A stretch of 64,000 nt of DNA, from the NCBI RefSeq assembly GCF_001949145.1, contig NW_019091362.1, forward strand, positions 1,867,838-1,931,837. Reading direction: 5' to 3'. The notes under the pieces are model-generated. The model saw only the letters and a program-made list of their open reading frames with translations, did no database searches and was not told where the DNA came from. The stretch comes from Acanthaster planci (lineage: Eukaryota). Shown one piece after another: positions 15,101 to 28,600 of the stretch. Made by a program: the position numbers and the translations under genes. Within the stretch, counting starts at the first letter, position 1; each line of letters starts with the position of its first letter.

Positions 15101-17104
15101 ATGCTCCAAATGACGGCTCGAAACTTTCCATCCAGTTGCCTGTACAAATTTGTTTTACCTGTCCAATCCTCCTTTTTTAGGCACGTACACGACTTCAGCT
15201 CTGTGGTTTCTCCTTTAATGCTAGTGAGGATGCACTTCCACTCACGGCAAACTTCTATTTTAAAATGATTTCCGACTCAATTCCAACTTGCAATTTCAGA
15301 TTTTACATCCCTTTGAAAAGAAAATCCTCTAGAGCCTCAATTAAAGCTTTTATTCAAGTTGAGCCACTCAGAGTGTTGTTTAAAAAAATCACTTTCAGAG
15401 ATGCATTATTCTAACACCGAACTGGCTTACTGATACTTACTGATGACGTATGCTGCAGTGTCCTCCTCTGCATAGGGGGACAGCATGATTCTTACGTCAC
15501 TGTTGGTCAACACCTTGAAGGAGAAGGAGAACTCGCCATCGTTCAGGACGTTTGTATCGAAGGTGTACTCTCCTGTGCCAGCGGTTGGTCGGTATTCACA
15601 CGACAAGTCGTTTACTTCGGAGGACAAATAAACAGAAAACTGTCACAAATGAACGAATGAGATTGAATCAGAGCCCCTTCGTCTCTAGTCCTTTGGTAGA
15701 CGGATTAGTTCAAGCGTTAAACTTGTAGGCTTACTAACCGTAAAAGAGCTGCGGGTGGCGGGAAGCCGCTGTGAGAGGGGCCAAAACTCCTGGCTATTTT
15801 AGGGTTAATTTACACCATCAGTTGCTATGCATTCGATTGCTTTAGATTTTCCAGGCTAATTTTGGAAAATGTGTAAATGAATTAGTAATAGCAGCATTCG
15901 TTTTCGAGCGAAATATAATGAACATTTAAACCCCCGTTTCAATTTAACAAATATAAATTCTATTGCAATGAGGGTGTATATTCAGTCGTTCAATTTCCCA
16001 GCATTGCACTGGTTCAGTATGTCGACATTCATTTTTGTGCGAAATTGAGTGCACCTCTGCAATCCTGTAACCAGCTTAATTTGAACTCAATCTTTTTCAC
16101 AAATTATGCAGGCGATTTCACGCGAAGTGTTCTTCGGGCACTACGGGTCAAGGATTAGAATTGGTTTGTGTGCTAACAGAAGTTGCATTTTTGGAAGTGT
16201 TCAGTTGATTCGTAAAATGTTGGAACATTCCTGATTGAAATAAACCATTTAGGTTGTCTTTGGAAAGCCAACTGTGCGAATCATGTTGAAACACCGACGC
16301 TAAGGGAACTTTCCTTCTTGTGATGCGTGTTTGATCTGCTGTCTCCTGCACGCTCTGGCATTGGCCTTCTTGATCAAGATTATAACTCCTAAGGGATAAA
16401 GGTTGTTATTGATGGTGTTTACCCACGTTCGTCCCCCAGTCTTTTTTACTCTTCTCTTTACTTCATCATAAGTAATCTTTGGCTGGTGCATTGTGGCAGA
16501 TGCATCATAAAATACTTCATAGGTGAGTAGGAAAACAAGTAATAGGTATATTTGTTTTTCAAATATTAGCACCAAGACCCTAAGAAAAATATATTATTGA
16601 TTCCCCCAATACCAAAAACCTTGATATGCTAGTGGGTGACCGTCATACTTAATTCCAAATGACAGCCTATCATGTCAAGTACTATGATTCAAGGGCCGGC
16701 TTCGCTCACAGAGTAAGCCCCGTGACTGTTTGCTTACCACTTCCACAAGCAGACAGGTATCTGATTCAAAATAAAGTGTGAAAAATAACCGTACTAGGCA
16801 GGAGTGCCCCAATCCTCACAAATAAGGCTTATTTGTACTACGGAGTGAACAATGACGTTTTGATATATATTTTCATTCCATTTCTTCCCCAAAGTGTGTA
16901 CGACGCCCTGCAATTTTTGCCCTTCTTGTCTAAACATAGTAAAGATTACAAAAACTAATCGTCAAAGTTTCTGGTTTCTGATAAAACGTTCCCTCCCAAA
17001 AATTTGTGGGTGGTTCCGTTGACTTTATTTCTCGGGGTGTTCTTACCTATCGACGAGACAAGCGAAGGGAGTACAGCAACAATCAGAAGGATAAGGCTGC
17101 CCAT
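1..17104 (-). CDS. Gene A (spliced, 3' end outside window): secreted mosaic protein SP-FAMeT-like-linker-antistasin-EGF-HYR. Coding exons 17047-17104, 15441-15614, 11923-12079, 10273-10424, 9935-9952, 9227-9256, 4890-4985, 3534-3644, <1-114
   Basis: All exons have AG/GT boundaries with compatible phases and join into one open frame: [27 protein letters not shown]...[32 protein letters not shown]...[13 protein letters not shown]...[16 protein letters not shown]... Confidence 0.85.
250..915. repeat. ~255-bp-period tandem repeat with a tRNA-Thr(AGT)-like head; orientation flips near 560
   Basis: tRNA-like copy on minus 374-445 (T-arm GTGGG-TTCGAAT-CCCAC, CTAGTAA loop) and on plus 757-828; flanking unit sequence recurs at ~251/505 and 561/816. 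Confidence 0.75.
3534..3644 (-). CDS. Gene A exon: EGF-like domain
   Basis: 111 nt, phase 1-1, cacag/gtacat; [36 protein letters not shown] has the six-Cys EGF pattern. Confidence 0.92.
4890..4985 (-). CDS. Gene A exon: antistasin-like domain
   Basis: 96 nt, phase 1-1, ttttag/gttggt; [31 protein letters not shown]. Confidence 0.85.
9227..9256 (-). CDS. Gene A 30-nt linker microexon (E)LGGTTTKQP
   Basis: Strong acceptor tgttttttcttcag, donor gtaaga, phase 1-1. Confidence 0.65.
9935..9952 (-). CDS. Gene A 18-nt microexon (S)QGSGS
   Basis: Acceptor tttgtctcttttcag, donor cag|gtgagt, phase 1-1. Confidence 0.65.
10273..10424 (-). CDS. Gene A exon: FAMeT-like domain, C-terminal part
   Basis: [45 protein letters not shown]; IxxGR...YVGFAT is typical of Methyltransf_FA; phase 2-1; donor gtaagt. 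Confidence 0.85.
11122..11790. repeat. Diverged ~250-bp-period direct duplication (11122-11305, 11377-11562) plus an inverted partial third copy (~11670-11790)
   Basis: Shared motifs aatgtgatgc.caag, aaatctgaaag, acaaaagaagac.caatagag, tgccacatatc.tgcatca. Confidence 0.6.
11923..12079 (-). CDS. Gene A exon: FAMeT-like domain, middle part
   Basis: (T)[51 protein letters not shown](T); ttttaccag/gtaagt; phase 1-2. Confidence 0.85.
12767..13920. mobile_element. Putative non-autonomous DNA transposon with imperfect TIRs, containing a nested MITE
   Basis: Left end taggcacctttccatatg and right end catacggaaaggcaact are imperfect inverted repeats; left part is homologous to 14712-14885. Confidence 0.45.
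13324..13637. mobile_element. MITE, same family as 50524-50836 (opposite orientation)
   Basis: TIRs gtgcgttcgattagctt / aagctaatcgaacgcac; interior matches the reverse complement of the 50.5-kb copy. Confidence 0.8.
14712..14885. mobile_element. Short deletion derivative of the 12767-13920 element
   Basis: Ends aaggcgcctttccgtatg ... cataaaggcgcctt; internal gacggcc.aatgcaacg.acacgtgtgttat shared with ~12840-12870. Confidence 0.5.
15441..15614 (-). CDS. Gene A exon: FAMeT-like domain, N-terminal part
   Basis: (V)[57 protein letters not shown]; FxFxV...DxxIxLS motif; 174 nt, phase 1-1. Confidence 0.85.
17047..17104 (-). CDS. Gene A start/signal-peptide exon (exon extends as 5'UTR to acceptor at 17159)
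   Basis: ATG at 17104; [19 protein letters not shown] has a hydrophobic core; donor gtaaga; acceptor ttttctttcttttatcag. Confidence 0.8.
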
Positions 17105-17642
17105 CCTTGGGCCTTGATGAGGACACCTGGCAGACGGCAGGTTCTCCAGTTCAGTCAGGCTGATAAAAGAAAGAAAACCTTAACCATGCAAACCATAGTG
17201 AAAGAAGCGTATTGCCAGCCAAACTTCTTTCACATCACCTGCAATTACCTGAAATATAGGGCAACTACTTCGATCAATCATGCACAGCCTTTAATTACCC
17301 ACTCGACACTCCTTAAGGTTGAAATATCATTTCTTTTTAAGGGAATCATTTCTGTAACAGTTTGATTTGATGATACAGTAAAAGGGAAATGATCAGCAAA
17401 AGGCAGCACTGAATCGATGAAAATAGCAACTGATTGGAGCGAAGTTTCAACCCAATATCAAATGTTGCTTGCAACTGTACGTGATTCGGACCTTATCAAT
17501 GGCCGTGTTTGTACGTCGGAATCTTTTGAGCCGCAGACAGGTCCCAGTAGTTCCTGTGGTCTTATTACACCTTCCTTTAAAAAAAGTTTAAACCAAGGAT
17601 ATACACCGTACAAGTGCCGTGCAGAACTTAAATTGTTTGTTC

Positions 17643-17697
17643 AAGGCCGTTTCAAACGTTGTGCTTTATGCCTAAGCACAATGTTTGAAACGGGCCT
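17643..17697. repeat. Small hairpin/palindromic element
   Basis: aggccgtttcaaacgttgtgctt ... aagcacaatgtttgaaacgggcct. Confidence 0.5.
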
Positions 17698-20600
17698 AAC
17701 TTCGGCACGGCAATAGCACGGTATATAGCGTCAATGTGGCTCGATAAATTACATTCAGAACGGCAAACCCTTTAAGCCCTCAAGCTTGACGGGGTACATG
17801 CCGAGCTGTCTGTACATGTGTTTGCGCAACTGCTGGGCTATTGCCGTGCCGTTGCCACACCCAGCTCAAGTTTGCTCGACTTTAAAAAGGTGCATAGCCT
17901 GGGCCTTTACTGTCAAAGGTTTCGTCCATGCGGTATTTTGAATGAGACTTTATAGAATTGTTGCAGCTTGTAATCGTAGGAGTTCATTTTCCAGTTACAT
18001 TATTAGTGTGAAATGCACTCGAAACAGTTCGAATCAGATATAAGGTGTAACATAGGAGAACATCAATCAAAGTAATCAAGTAGTCTCGGCAGAAAAAGAC
18101 TTACAGCCAAAAGATGGGAGGCAAAAAATAAACGGCGATTAAGAAGAAGGTAACATCTATATGTTTTATGCTTCCAGTTCGAATCCGCACCTTTATCAAT
18201 AAGAAGTTAAATACTTACATTTTGTTGATGTATTGTTCTTGCCGGCAGCTTGTGTTTCGTGAGACAGCCTGGCCGCAAGTGATAACAGTGAATAGTTTTT
18301 CCACCAACAGCTTCAAAACTGAACATGTTTTGTTCCCAATTCCTTTCAATATATTGATTTCCACATTGACCGTGCATTGTCTAACCACAAAAAGCAGTCC
18401 AATACACCTGTTACAAAGTTCGATACTTTGTGTTCTGCCTTTGTTTCAAACTGACAGTAGTGCATAACGAAATGCCAAGGTTTTGGCAACTTGGGCAGTT
18501 GCAAACAATGCCCATTCAATCGATGAGATGAGCCTCATGGCTCCACAGTTTTTCTACTGAGTATACTGCAGGCGAAGATGGAGTAGACGGGTTGGGAGGA
18601 AACGGTCTTCTTTGTTGTCATTTTGTTGTTACGATAGCAATCTGAAAGTAAAAATCATCCGAATTATAGATTCTAAGAATTCATTTGATTGTTGTTCAAA
18701 TTGTCGTTGCATGGGATATTGCTTTAAGCAGAGGTAGGTCTTCAGGATTTTAAAAGACGCCGTCTTAATGATGATTTGCATGATGTAAACGAAATAAATG
18801 AACACAGACATAAGGGTCTTGGTGAGAAAACATTCATCCTAAAACTTCACCGTAATTTTTAATCAAGACAAATTTATTTTATACACCTGTGCCGTGTCGT
18901 CAGTAACAAACAGAAAAACAGGCACGTCACATTCTCACATTGTTAAACTTTTCCAACCAACTGGTATGGATTATTAATGCCCTTCATATTATCATAACAA
19001 TTGTATTTAAATCTATTTAGTCGGAATGAATCAATTTTCTTATTGATTAGCCTAGAAGTAATGATTTCATCGAAGCTCACGTACTGGGTGTCAAAGAAGC
19101 ATCAGACAGGCTATTTTTTAAATAATCCATAAAATCAAAAGAACCAATTTATTTTGAGGGAAAGTGGGTTTGAGCCATAAAACGGTATCAATCTGACTAT
19201 TATCATGAAGGCCACAGATGACCTTTGAGTTGAAAATCCCTAGGCTTGATCTTAGAGCTTAATTGATAGACCTTTTTATCGTTCGTGGGTACTGGTGACC
19301 TCTCTCCTTCAAGCCCAAACCTATTGGACTAAATTTTTCCCCTGCCGATCAGCGCTGTCATTCACTGATTATGCCAATTTCAAGTGTAGCTGCATGAATT
19401 TTTCTGAGACACGATTTTTTCCTGCAATTTGTACTCTTCTGCAATGTATAAAAAGGTCTGCCAAATTTATCTCTGGTTAAATGCATTGAAAAAGTGCACT
19501 TTTAAATTGGCGACCATAATTATCCATGCTCTCCAGGACAGCTGAGGGCGCTGTTGCTATGATGTCATCCAGGAAACACATAGCTCAGTGCAAAGGTTTT
19601 TCTGTGCAAATTGTGAACACAGAATACACTCAATGAAAACATGTCTAAGAAAGGGAATGACACTTCCTGCTATACACACGGTCAACAGTGAATCAGCAAA
19701 GAAGAGAAAGTGTTTAGTCCATTAAGCCAACTAAAATGCACGTCTTTCTTGTGTACAAACCAATGTAACACTGAAGCTTTCCTCCTTGGTTGACATCACA
19801 GTTTTGCTCCTGAATATTTACATTTTCAGTGGCATAAAGACCAAAAAAGGCAGTAAAACGCCCTTTGAAAGAGTGAAACAAAAGTCAAACAATAAAGTTA
19901 ACTGAGACATATAGGTGCAATTGGAAGGTACGTATTAAAACAAATTGATTGCAGCAACCTTTTTACGGACAACGCCCGAATACATGTAACCACTTCTGTC
20001 GTTCGACCGGTTACTCGTCTCACCGTGCTGCTGAATTAAGCGTTCGAATGCACGATGGGGCCCCTATGCCAAATGAAATCCACGCAAAACTGAGCGTTCT
20101 ATTCCAGAGTCTCACGAAGGTATGTGATAGTGACATTATTTTGGGCTTTATTCTTTTAAAGCAGGTTTGGTTAAGAATTGTATTCAGACACTGGGTAGAA
20201 CAATGGATGCTTTGCCCCTGTTGCGAGCAAACATTCCCCAATGATCTTCTTGTAATGTAATCACACACTACACCAGACAAGGCTACCTGCTTCAAACAGT
20301 CTGTGGCACCATTAATCCTTAAACACCAAATAATCCTAATTGTTTAATTATTGGTTTCCACACTCTGCTGTGAATTTCAGGTATTGATGAATATGCGATG
20401 AAGTATCATTGAATTCCTGTAAACTCTATGTTTGCTACTAATCCTCAACAGCTGCACTCTTTATTCTCTGATTGATTGGAGGTGTTTCAAAAGATTATAC
20501 CAAACAAACAAGAGAAAATTAAATTGGTAACAGGCGTTCAAAATAAATCAATTAATCACTGCAAGGTTGGACTCCTGTGTTAATCTGCTGAATACATTTT

Positions 20601-22350
20601 GCTTATTACAACGTCAGCCATGAACAGAAGCTTTTCTCGGGAAACAAGGTTGTAATTATCGTGACCTTTACTCTTTTCCTCAGTCTATATGCTTGTCATT
20701 TTCCGAACCATTTAACTTAAGACACATGAATAGTACCATTGAGGCCAAGATAAAACTCAAACAAGACCTGAAACGTTTCTCAGGAAACGTGTTGTACAAA
20801 AAAGCGAATTCTCCACGAAATGAGAGTCAGAAATGACAACAATACCAGGAGACTCAAATAAATTTCAAAAATTTCTCAGCGAGGGTTTTTTGTTGAATGT
20901 TTCGCCTAGGTACCTTTCCCTTGAAGCTCTGTGTGAAAAGAAACTCTCCAGAGGGCTCATAACTCTGACCAGTAAACTGCTTATTATAATGTCTTATTGT
21001 ACATTAAGTGTTCATAAATACCTCAAACCTCAACACTGCACTGATGATTACGTTATGCTTTGCGCTTGTTCATCCCTGTAAAGCCCCGACTGGAGGGAGA
21101 GAGGGCGCAATTTTCTTTCCAGCGGAGGCTCCTTTGCTGGGAGCTGCACTTCGCTGCATCTTCATGCAGTCAATAATAAAAAGCCTATCTGAACTTCGTG
21201 GATATTTGATCGATTTTCGTTGAAAGAACGACATCATTTGTCTAAATCCAGACGAACTCAACACGTTCTTTAGCGTCACTTGATATTGAATATTGTCGCT
21301 TGTTTGTCCAAAGCAATTAGTGAACATAATGGATTCCGCTGTATTTTTGGAGCACGGACAATCGCCCACACAGGCAGGTGACCTTCGCATTGGCTTTTCG
21401 GACAGGTGCATTGGAGATTAATCCGCGCACTGAACAAAATGCAATCGATGTACCAAAAAAAATTCATCAAAGTGCACAATTAAGAGGGCTGATATTCCGA
21501 CATCATTGTGCATCCGTCCAACTAATCTGGCCACGTGATTTTCTGAACAAAAGGTACAGTGATTCCGCCATCACGAGCTGCCATTATCTTTTGTACTGAC
21601 GTCATCTGTTTCCCAGAATCCTATATACGACGCAACAATTTTTAATGTCAGGCCAGCTCCCAAACGGGCGTTTTTCATGCCGGCTAGGGCAATGCACTGT
21701 AACGTTCTGATGGCAAACACAGAAGTCGTAGCCACAACATACCCTGTTTCGACATGGGCTTACTTCGAGTTGACGAATCGCCAAGAATCGTTGGAGAGTT
21801 TTTGTCCCCTATTAAGATAATGTGGGGATTTTGTGGATGCTGGTCTTATAATCCCGTTATTATTAATTTTTGAACGTAGATTTTGTTCGAAATGATTTTA
21901 AGTTCCTACATGTCCTCTTCATCCACAAACCATTACACCCCCCCCAAAACAGGAAAAGGTAGTTAGCTTTGACCCTACTGCAGTTCTATCTTTCAGTAAC
22001 CATGACCGGGAAATGACCTGGTAGTAAAAAACATCCACCTCGCTGCTCGGAGTTATTATCCGACCGGAGTATTTTTTTCCGGCTGAGGGGAAGCCCCCAT
22101 GTTTACTGTGACCAAACCCTGTTGTTGGGCATGAAGCGAGGTAGGATTAGACGGGAGGTCTTTGCAGTTGGCCATTAATCTCTATTTTTAACAATCAATT
22201 AACAAAAGTCGGCGTAAACTACTGACGTCAGTTCCTTAAACCAAGAATTTAAACGAGCATAATGATAATGATATTTTTGTTAAGGGAGTCTACCGCATCA
22301 GGTTTTGGTCTACCACAGAGCTACCTATAGGTGAAATAACGCTAGATAAT

Positions 22351-22493
22351 GGGCCAGTTTTTTTTCAGGTGGATCTGGACTCGGTCAGTGATCCCTTCGC
22401 TGGTTTGACCCACCAACTGGGTGGGCTTTGGTGTCAGTTAAGCAACGAAGGATCACTGATCGCAATCTGGATCCGCGTGAAACAAACTGGCCC
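22351..22493. mobile_element. Palindromic MITE, same family as 58319-58463
   Basis: gggccagttt...ggatctgga...cagtgatcc and ggatcactg...tctggatcc...aaactggccc are inverted termini. Confidence 0.65.
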
Positions 22494-25466
22494 TGAGTTT
22501 GGAAACGAAATTCACCATTGAATATCAGCTGTCAATGTGCACTGCGCGTGCACCTGCCAATTTGTTTCCAGTAATAGTGACGTGATATTCATGTTGCAAC
22601 TCTCTCCACAGCCCTGGTCACTGCAGAGCTATATATAGAGAGAATCACCAGCTTAGACTTTGAATCCAAATGACAGTTTCTTATGTGTTCGGTACAGCAT
22701 GCAGCAATTGTGTGCTAATTTTCCAATTAACAGCTAAGTCTATTGCGAAGAAAAACCTCACTAAGTAACTTCCTCTGCCGAAATATAGAAACAGAAGCGT
22801 CGAAGGGTCGCAACTAAAGATTTTTTAAAAGTCGTATCTCACCGCGGACAGTATTGAGTAGGGCCTTTGTATTTTGCCACGGGAATAGTATTTTCAAGTG
22901 CGAGTTTACTACTTCACCACTCTGTGAGAGAGTGAGCAGGGCTGAACGCAAATCATTTTGACGTGCTGTTCATGATGTGTAATTCCAGTGCATTTGCTCA
23001 TGCACTTGCATTATTTTTAAAATTCTTGTTTCCATGCCATCATGAAAAATAAAAGTACAATTTCTGTCAAGAAATTGTTCGTTTTGCTTTGTTCAAGTTA
23101 TGAATTTAATATTTGCAAATAAGCAAAAACTTTACTCATCATCTGCTGTAATTTACTGTAGAAGCTAAAATCTTCAAATTCATAACAAAATTTTAATGCT
23201 GAAATGATGGAAACATCGAGATTTGTCGTAGAATGGTTAATACATATGATAATTTATCTGAAAGCTTTTGCTGCAACTCACTTCTGCTAGAGGTACGCTC
23301 ACAACTGATTTAACTCGTCGCAGCGAAAAAATCACTTCGAAATTATAAGCATAAAGTAACGCGCAGTAGTCACGCGCAGTAAATGCGTAACCGTGACATG
23401 GCGGTGACTTGTTGACTTGTATTGTGTTACAGGCTATGGGTAAGCGTTACACCATTCTGTGCATCGGACAAAAATGCAAATGAAAAAATTTTGAGCGAAA
23501 CCATTTCGTTTTCAACATGTTCAAAAAGTTGGTAAAAAATGGTCATGTTGAACCAAGGGATTTCCTTCAAATTTCTGCAGACAAAATCCCAACCCTTTGG
23601 TAACCCAAGGAATAAAACTGAAATGTTGAAAGCATTTTTACCAAAAAGATTCTTTTATTCGTGGATTTTAGGGGTGTCACCCAGGAGGCGAAATAGTATA
23701 AGCACATTCATCGCACGGACTTGTGTGTGGGATAGAATGCCCTGTTTCGAAACCAAAATACAATTTTGTTTCTGATGCCATCATGTAGAGTTATAGACAA
23801 ATAGTGTGCTTATTTTTACATGAAAGACAAATATATGTAATTCATTTAGATATTGTACAACATGGGAAAGTGACTGTGGACATGATTTTTACGTACATTC
23901 TTTTTTTTGTACAAATGGTAGTGGCTCACAGACAGCCGTTCCCACTCGGCTCTCGGCCCCGCCTCTGAGCTCCCTGGTCGAGTTCGGGCGGCCTTTTCTT
24001 GGCACGGGTTTCTTGTTCTCGCGCTCGAACGGCTGGAACACGACTCAAGAACACTGTTCTCGGAACAGGATCACACACCACCTCCTCGTCAGGGGAACAC
24101 ACGGAAAAACTCGTTAGATTTTGATTTTTGAACTGTTGCAAAAAGTTGAGCAATGGCTTTCAAAGCCAGATTTACAAAAGTAACATTACTCATTTTCCAT
24201 AATACAGAAATGAATGTTCCTGTTTAAACAGCAAAGAATTCAGCCCAGTTATGCAAACATTGACTCGAATAACGCACATGGACGCCGCCATATTGCATGT
24301 TAATTAACCGGTTGTACGTTTCCGGCGTTCGAGCGGCTGAACAGAAAACAAATCGAACTGTTCGCCAATTCGTGAACATACGCCCAAACTCAGCCTTGGG
24401 TTAGTGTCACGAGGTCTATTTATACTCGTCCTTTTCATAACTCCCTAAAATAAAACGGAAAATTTACGTCTTTCGTGGATGTTAGAAAAGGTCACGTGCT
24501 TTCCTGCGTAATCATTGTGTGCGTTACTAAGAAACACTCCAGCTCATTCAGTTTGGATGGAGCCGACAACTACTTAATCAACAAATGGCGCCCTCTTCCC
24601 AATCTAGAAGGTAAATATTCACTTGGACCACAGATAACTACATGTATTTACAGGTGATATCTTACCGTGCAACGGTGCCGTTTACCTTGAATGAAATTCC
24701 TTTGACCTTTCATTGTGTACAGACTCTGCGGACATGAGGATTCTGGGTTAACACTTCTCGCAAGTTGCTCCCGGCGGCATATTTGCTAAGGACAACGGCA
24801 GATCCAGAACCATTGTTAATTTATGGAAGGGGATTCTTGACATGCACATCAAATTCAAACATTAAGCTAAGACGAAGGGGGAGATTTCCAGTTTTTGCCT
24901 GTAGATTGTAGAGAGTGTACAGTATATGCGATGCTCTACTTTACTCCAAGTTTATTCAACACAGGCAAAAAGTTCCACGTATTTGACTTATTCGTACAAG
25001 CGGGTAATGCGAAATCCGTGAAAGTTGGGGCGAGAATATAGCACCGTACGGGTCGAGCTGGTAAACAACGCTCGTGACAATTCACCCAAACGTTCAGTCA
25101 AAAAGCACTCACTAAAGTCCTCCAAACTGAAGTCAAATGATTGCGGTGCTCGCGATACAGAATCATAAAAACTGGTACTTAACAAGAATGATGATCATGG
25201 CCTGTAATCTTCCGATATGAACAGCGAACAATCTACAAAATCTGAGCATGTACTGACAACTTCACGTGTTTGAGACAGGTACAAAAGCTCAAGGCAAAGT
25301 GTGACCTTTGAACTCACGAATATATAAAACTCATTAAAGGAAAAGTGCTAATCTTAAAGGTGCCGCTACAAGATCATCGCTTGTGCAATGTCTGCTTGTG
25401 CGAGGTACAAGTTAGTTTCCCAAAAACACGACAATAAATGTAAGAAATAATTCAGGCGTTTTGCGA

Positions 25467-25614
25467 TAGTGTGCCACCAAGAGTTTGCAATGCATTGGCC
25501 AATCACAATGTGCAAAAATGTCAACACGCAACGCCGGTCGACACGACACGTCAACCCATTCAAACGTGCATTGTGCACAGTGGCCACTGCGTTACAAACT
25601 CTTGGCGGCGCACT
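25467..25614. mobile_element. MITE-like element with ~35-bp imperfect TIRs
   Basis: tagtgtgccaccaagagtttgcaatgcattggcca ... tggccactgcgttacaaactcttggcggcgcacta. Confidence 0.55.
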
Positions 25615-28600
25615 AGGGTGCACTGCCCAATTCAAGGGAAATTCTTCGGCAGAGCGAGGCGCTCAAAAAGTACCCCTAGAGTTTATTTGGAAAAGAGGAG
25701 ATTGTGTGGCTCAAGAATTTGTGGGATTGTAAAAGAATGGCCCAGAATGAACTCCCTAGATTCAAGGGCTCCCATCCCAGGGCAAAGCATAGAAAATGCC
25801 ACTGAAAAATTGTCCCAAGAGCCTGAAAAGGTGGAGGGATGTCATTTGAAAAATGGCCGCTGACAGACTTGGGAAGGTTCACTCTTTGGAAGGTGAGTTT
25901 GTTTTGGGTGGATAATTAAAAATTCCATTGGTTAACCTACTAAAAATTGAAAATCTATTGAGAGCTGAATGACCCCAGAACACTTTGTTTTTTGTTTGAG
26001 AGGCCTGAGGGTCTTTGGTTGCCCGCACCGGGGCTGCAAACGTGGTCGATTTTACATTGTCTTCAATGGGGCTTCAATTAGTTCAGTGCACCCACTACTG
26101 CAAAACGTCATTAAGTCTGGATACCAGACCAGAAACCCGTCTCATCGAATCGAGGGTCCGGTATCACGTAGGCTCAGACTACGCGGGGTCCTCGTGGACT
26201 TCCGCACATCCTTGGCCCCAGGACTACCCCGACTTCCAAAAGTGGAGACTTCGTGGAACAGCTTTCTCTGAGACCCTTTTCGTATATAACGACTTCACTC
26301 ACCCCAATTGGGCATAGACGGGCGATTTTCCGTCTGTTCCTGTCCGTAGAATTTTGGGTTAAATGGTTGTCTCAACGTCGGCCACTCGTTTCAATTCATT
26401 CTTGACGTTTGATGGGTGACAAACGCAGTCGGATCGGGATCTATTTGGCTGAGGAACTAGGCAGCGATAAATGGGATCACCTATACCCGTGTTGTTTTTG
26501 CTGGCTTTGTATCACAAAACAGCCGTAGTGTATTTGCATAAGTCACGTCGTTGTTGTGAATCACAATAGGGAACAAAGCCTAAAAGTAGATCCCTGGTGG
26601 CGCGCTTCCGGAACCCTTGGATGGGCAAAACAATGCGCAAATATATTAGGATTTAATTGTAATATTTTTTAATTCAGTTAGATAAGACTTGAAGCTATGC
26701 ATGGTGGAAGTACTAAATAGGTTAGGCTTGCGGTTGGACGATGTAGAGAAATATCCTGCCAAACCTGACCTGACACTACCGAAAATCTAAACAGTCCAAT
26801 GCTCTGGTCTCGTAAGGAAATGAAGGGATTGGGTTCTATGGGAGTCTGTCGGTATAGGCCAAATAAAAATAGACCAAACAGTTTAAGGATATTGTTCGTT
26901 ATAAGGAAATAAACTTAAAACAATAATCTGCTTAACGAAAGATTCTAAATCTCAATCTGTTAAGCTTTGCTGACGAGAACTCTATCAGGTCAACTCAATT
27001 GAATCTAGAACCTATCGACTGCAGATAGGTAAATTTTGGTCGCCCATCTACATGAATTACTGAGCAGTTGGGTGAATAAAGCCGTAAACAAAAATGGAGC
27101 TAATAGGAAACTTTTTCACAGTCTCTAGGAAGTTCGGTAGCCTGGTTCCACTCTAGGGCGAGGTATCACCCAATTTCAACATAATAAAATGAGAGGATTT
27201 TTTTCTTTTGCTTGTTGTCCACATGCAACACAATGTTGCTCCCTTCCAACGCTTTTTTAGGAGTTTTTACATGTTTCAAAGTGTCTGCCAACATTAGCAG
27301 CTTGCATGTACATATGAACTCAAGATCCATCCAGAGCTTTCCTTATGATTCTTGACATATTGTGTCATGATATATTTATATCTCTGGGTGATACCTGACC
27401 TAAGATTTTCTGGAGTCGGCAGGGCATCTTTGGTCTGGGAACAAGACTAGGCATATACATCATGTTTTCCGGGTTACCTACAACCTTAATGGTTTTCTTT
27501 ATGTTTGCATGATGGACTCTAACATATTGATTGCTTTCATTTGATGTTTTTGATCACGAGACAAAACAAAGGTAATCAGAACCAGGCTGAATGCTTGAGT
27601 AATTTAATTTGTCCCTTCAACACCTAATTCAAATAAACGGCTAAGTCCAACACCAAAATTAAGACAATACAGTTTAAATATTGTTTAAGCTAATCAAACA
27701 AAGTTCAGTATGTAAAACAGGATAATGTTGTGTTAATTCCAGGATCATGAATTGCCCCATGAAAAAAAATCAACTGTTGTCTGAATGAAATTTAAATAAA
27801 ATTTTGCTTTTATGAGAACGGCCAACCAAGCATACATTATATAAAATATAATGCATTTCATCAAATCTCGAAAACTATTACTGTCAGTATGGGGAAACGT
27901 TCACAAAGTTACATTATGAGTGGTCATTAAACAAAGCACTGCTATTTTTGAATCGTGCTAAAGATGTAGTCTATCATTTGCCATTTCTGCATTATATTCC
28001 TCTGAGGAAACAACCAAACTCAAGATTTAAATTAAACATGGGTTTCCTAAGAACGAACCTGATGAAGTTAATCTCATTTAATCCTGTATATTCAACGAAA
28101 GACGATATCCCATGATGTCGAAAATGCCAAATAGAATAATTTAAAGGGTGTCTAGTCTCATAACCATCTTTACACCTAGTTTGCTTTTCAATAATACTTT
28201 CGTAAGGATACCTGCAAATGTTGGAGTTGGACTGAACCTTTAACACGCAAAGTTCAATTTGGGGTTGTTTTAATTTCATTTTCTCCCAGTGATGGTCTGT
28301 TTAAGTATTGTTTATATGAAATAATTTGACATTAAAACGAACTGAAGTCCCAAAGCAAACCGCTGGAAGTGTTGACTCTTGAATAATCATACGCCTATTA
28401 ATTTACATCATGAAGACATAAAACGACTTTGTACGGAACATAATGGGATAATATTATAATAGAGTAATAATGAATGCTCATTTTGTCATATCAATCTCTT
28501 GTTGACTGTGAACTATCTATACTTTTAGGCAGCTTGACTGTGAAACTGTGGAGTAGGCCTATATGTATTCATGGACTATGAATTTGGAAAAATAACGAAA

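Noticed and set aside
16150..16500. Possible very old LINE fragment ([26 protein letters not shown])
   Set aside because: Only faint motif resemblance; needs a profile search
23926..24153. GC-rich ORF between the two genes
   Set aside because: No recognisable domain or consistent splice chain; possibly a transposon remnant
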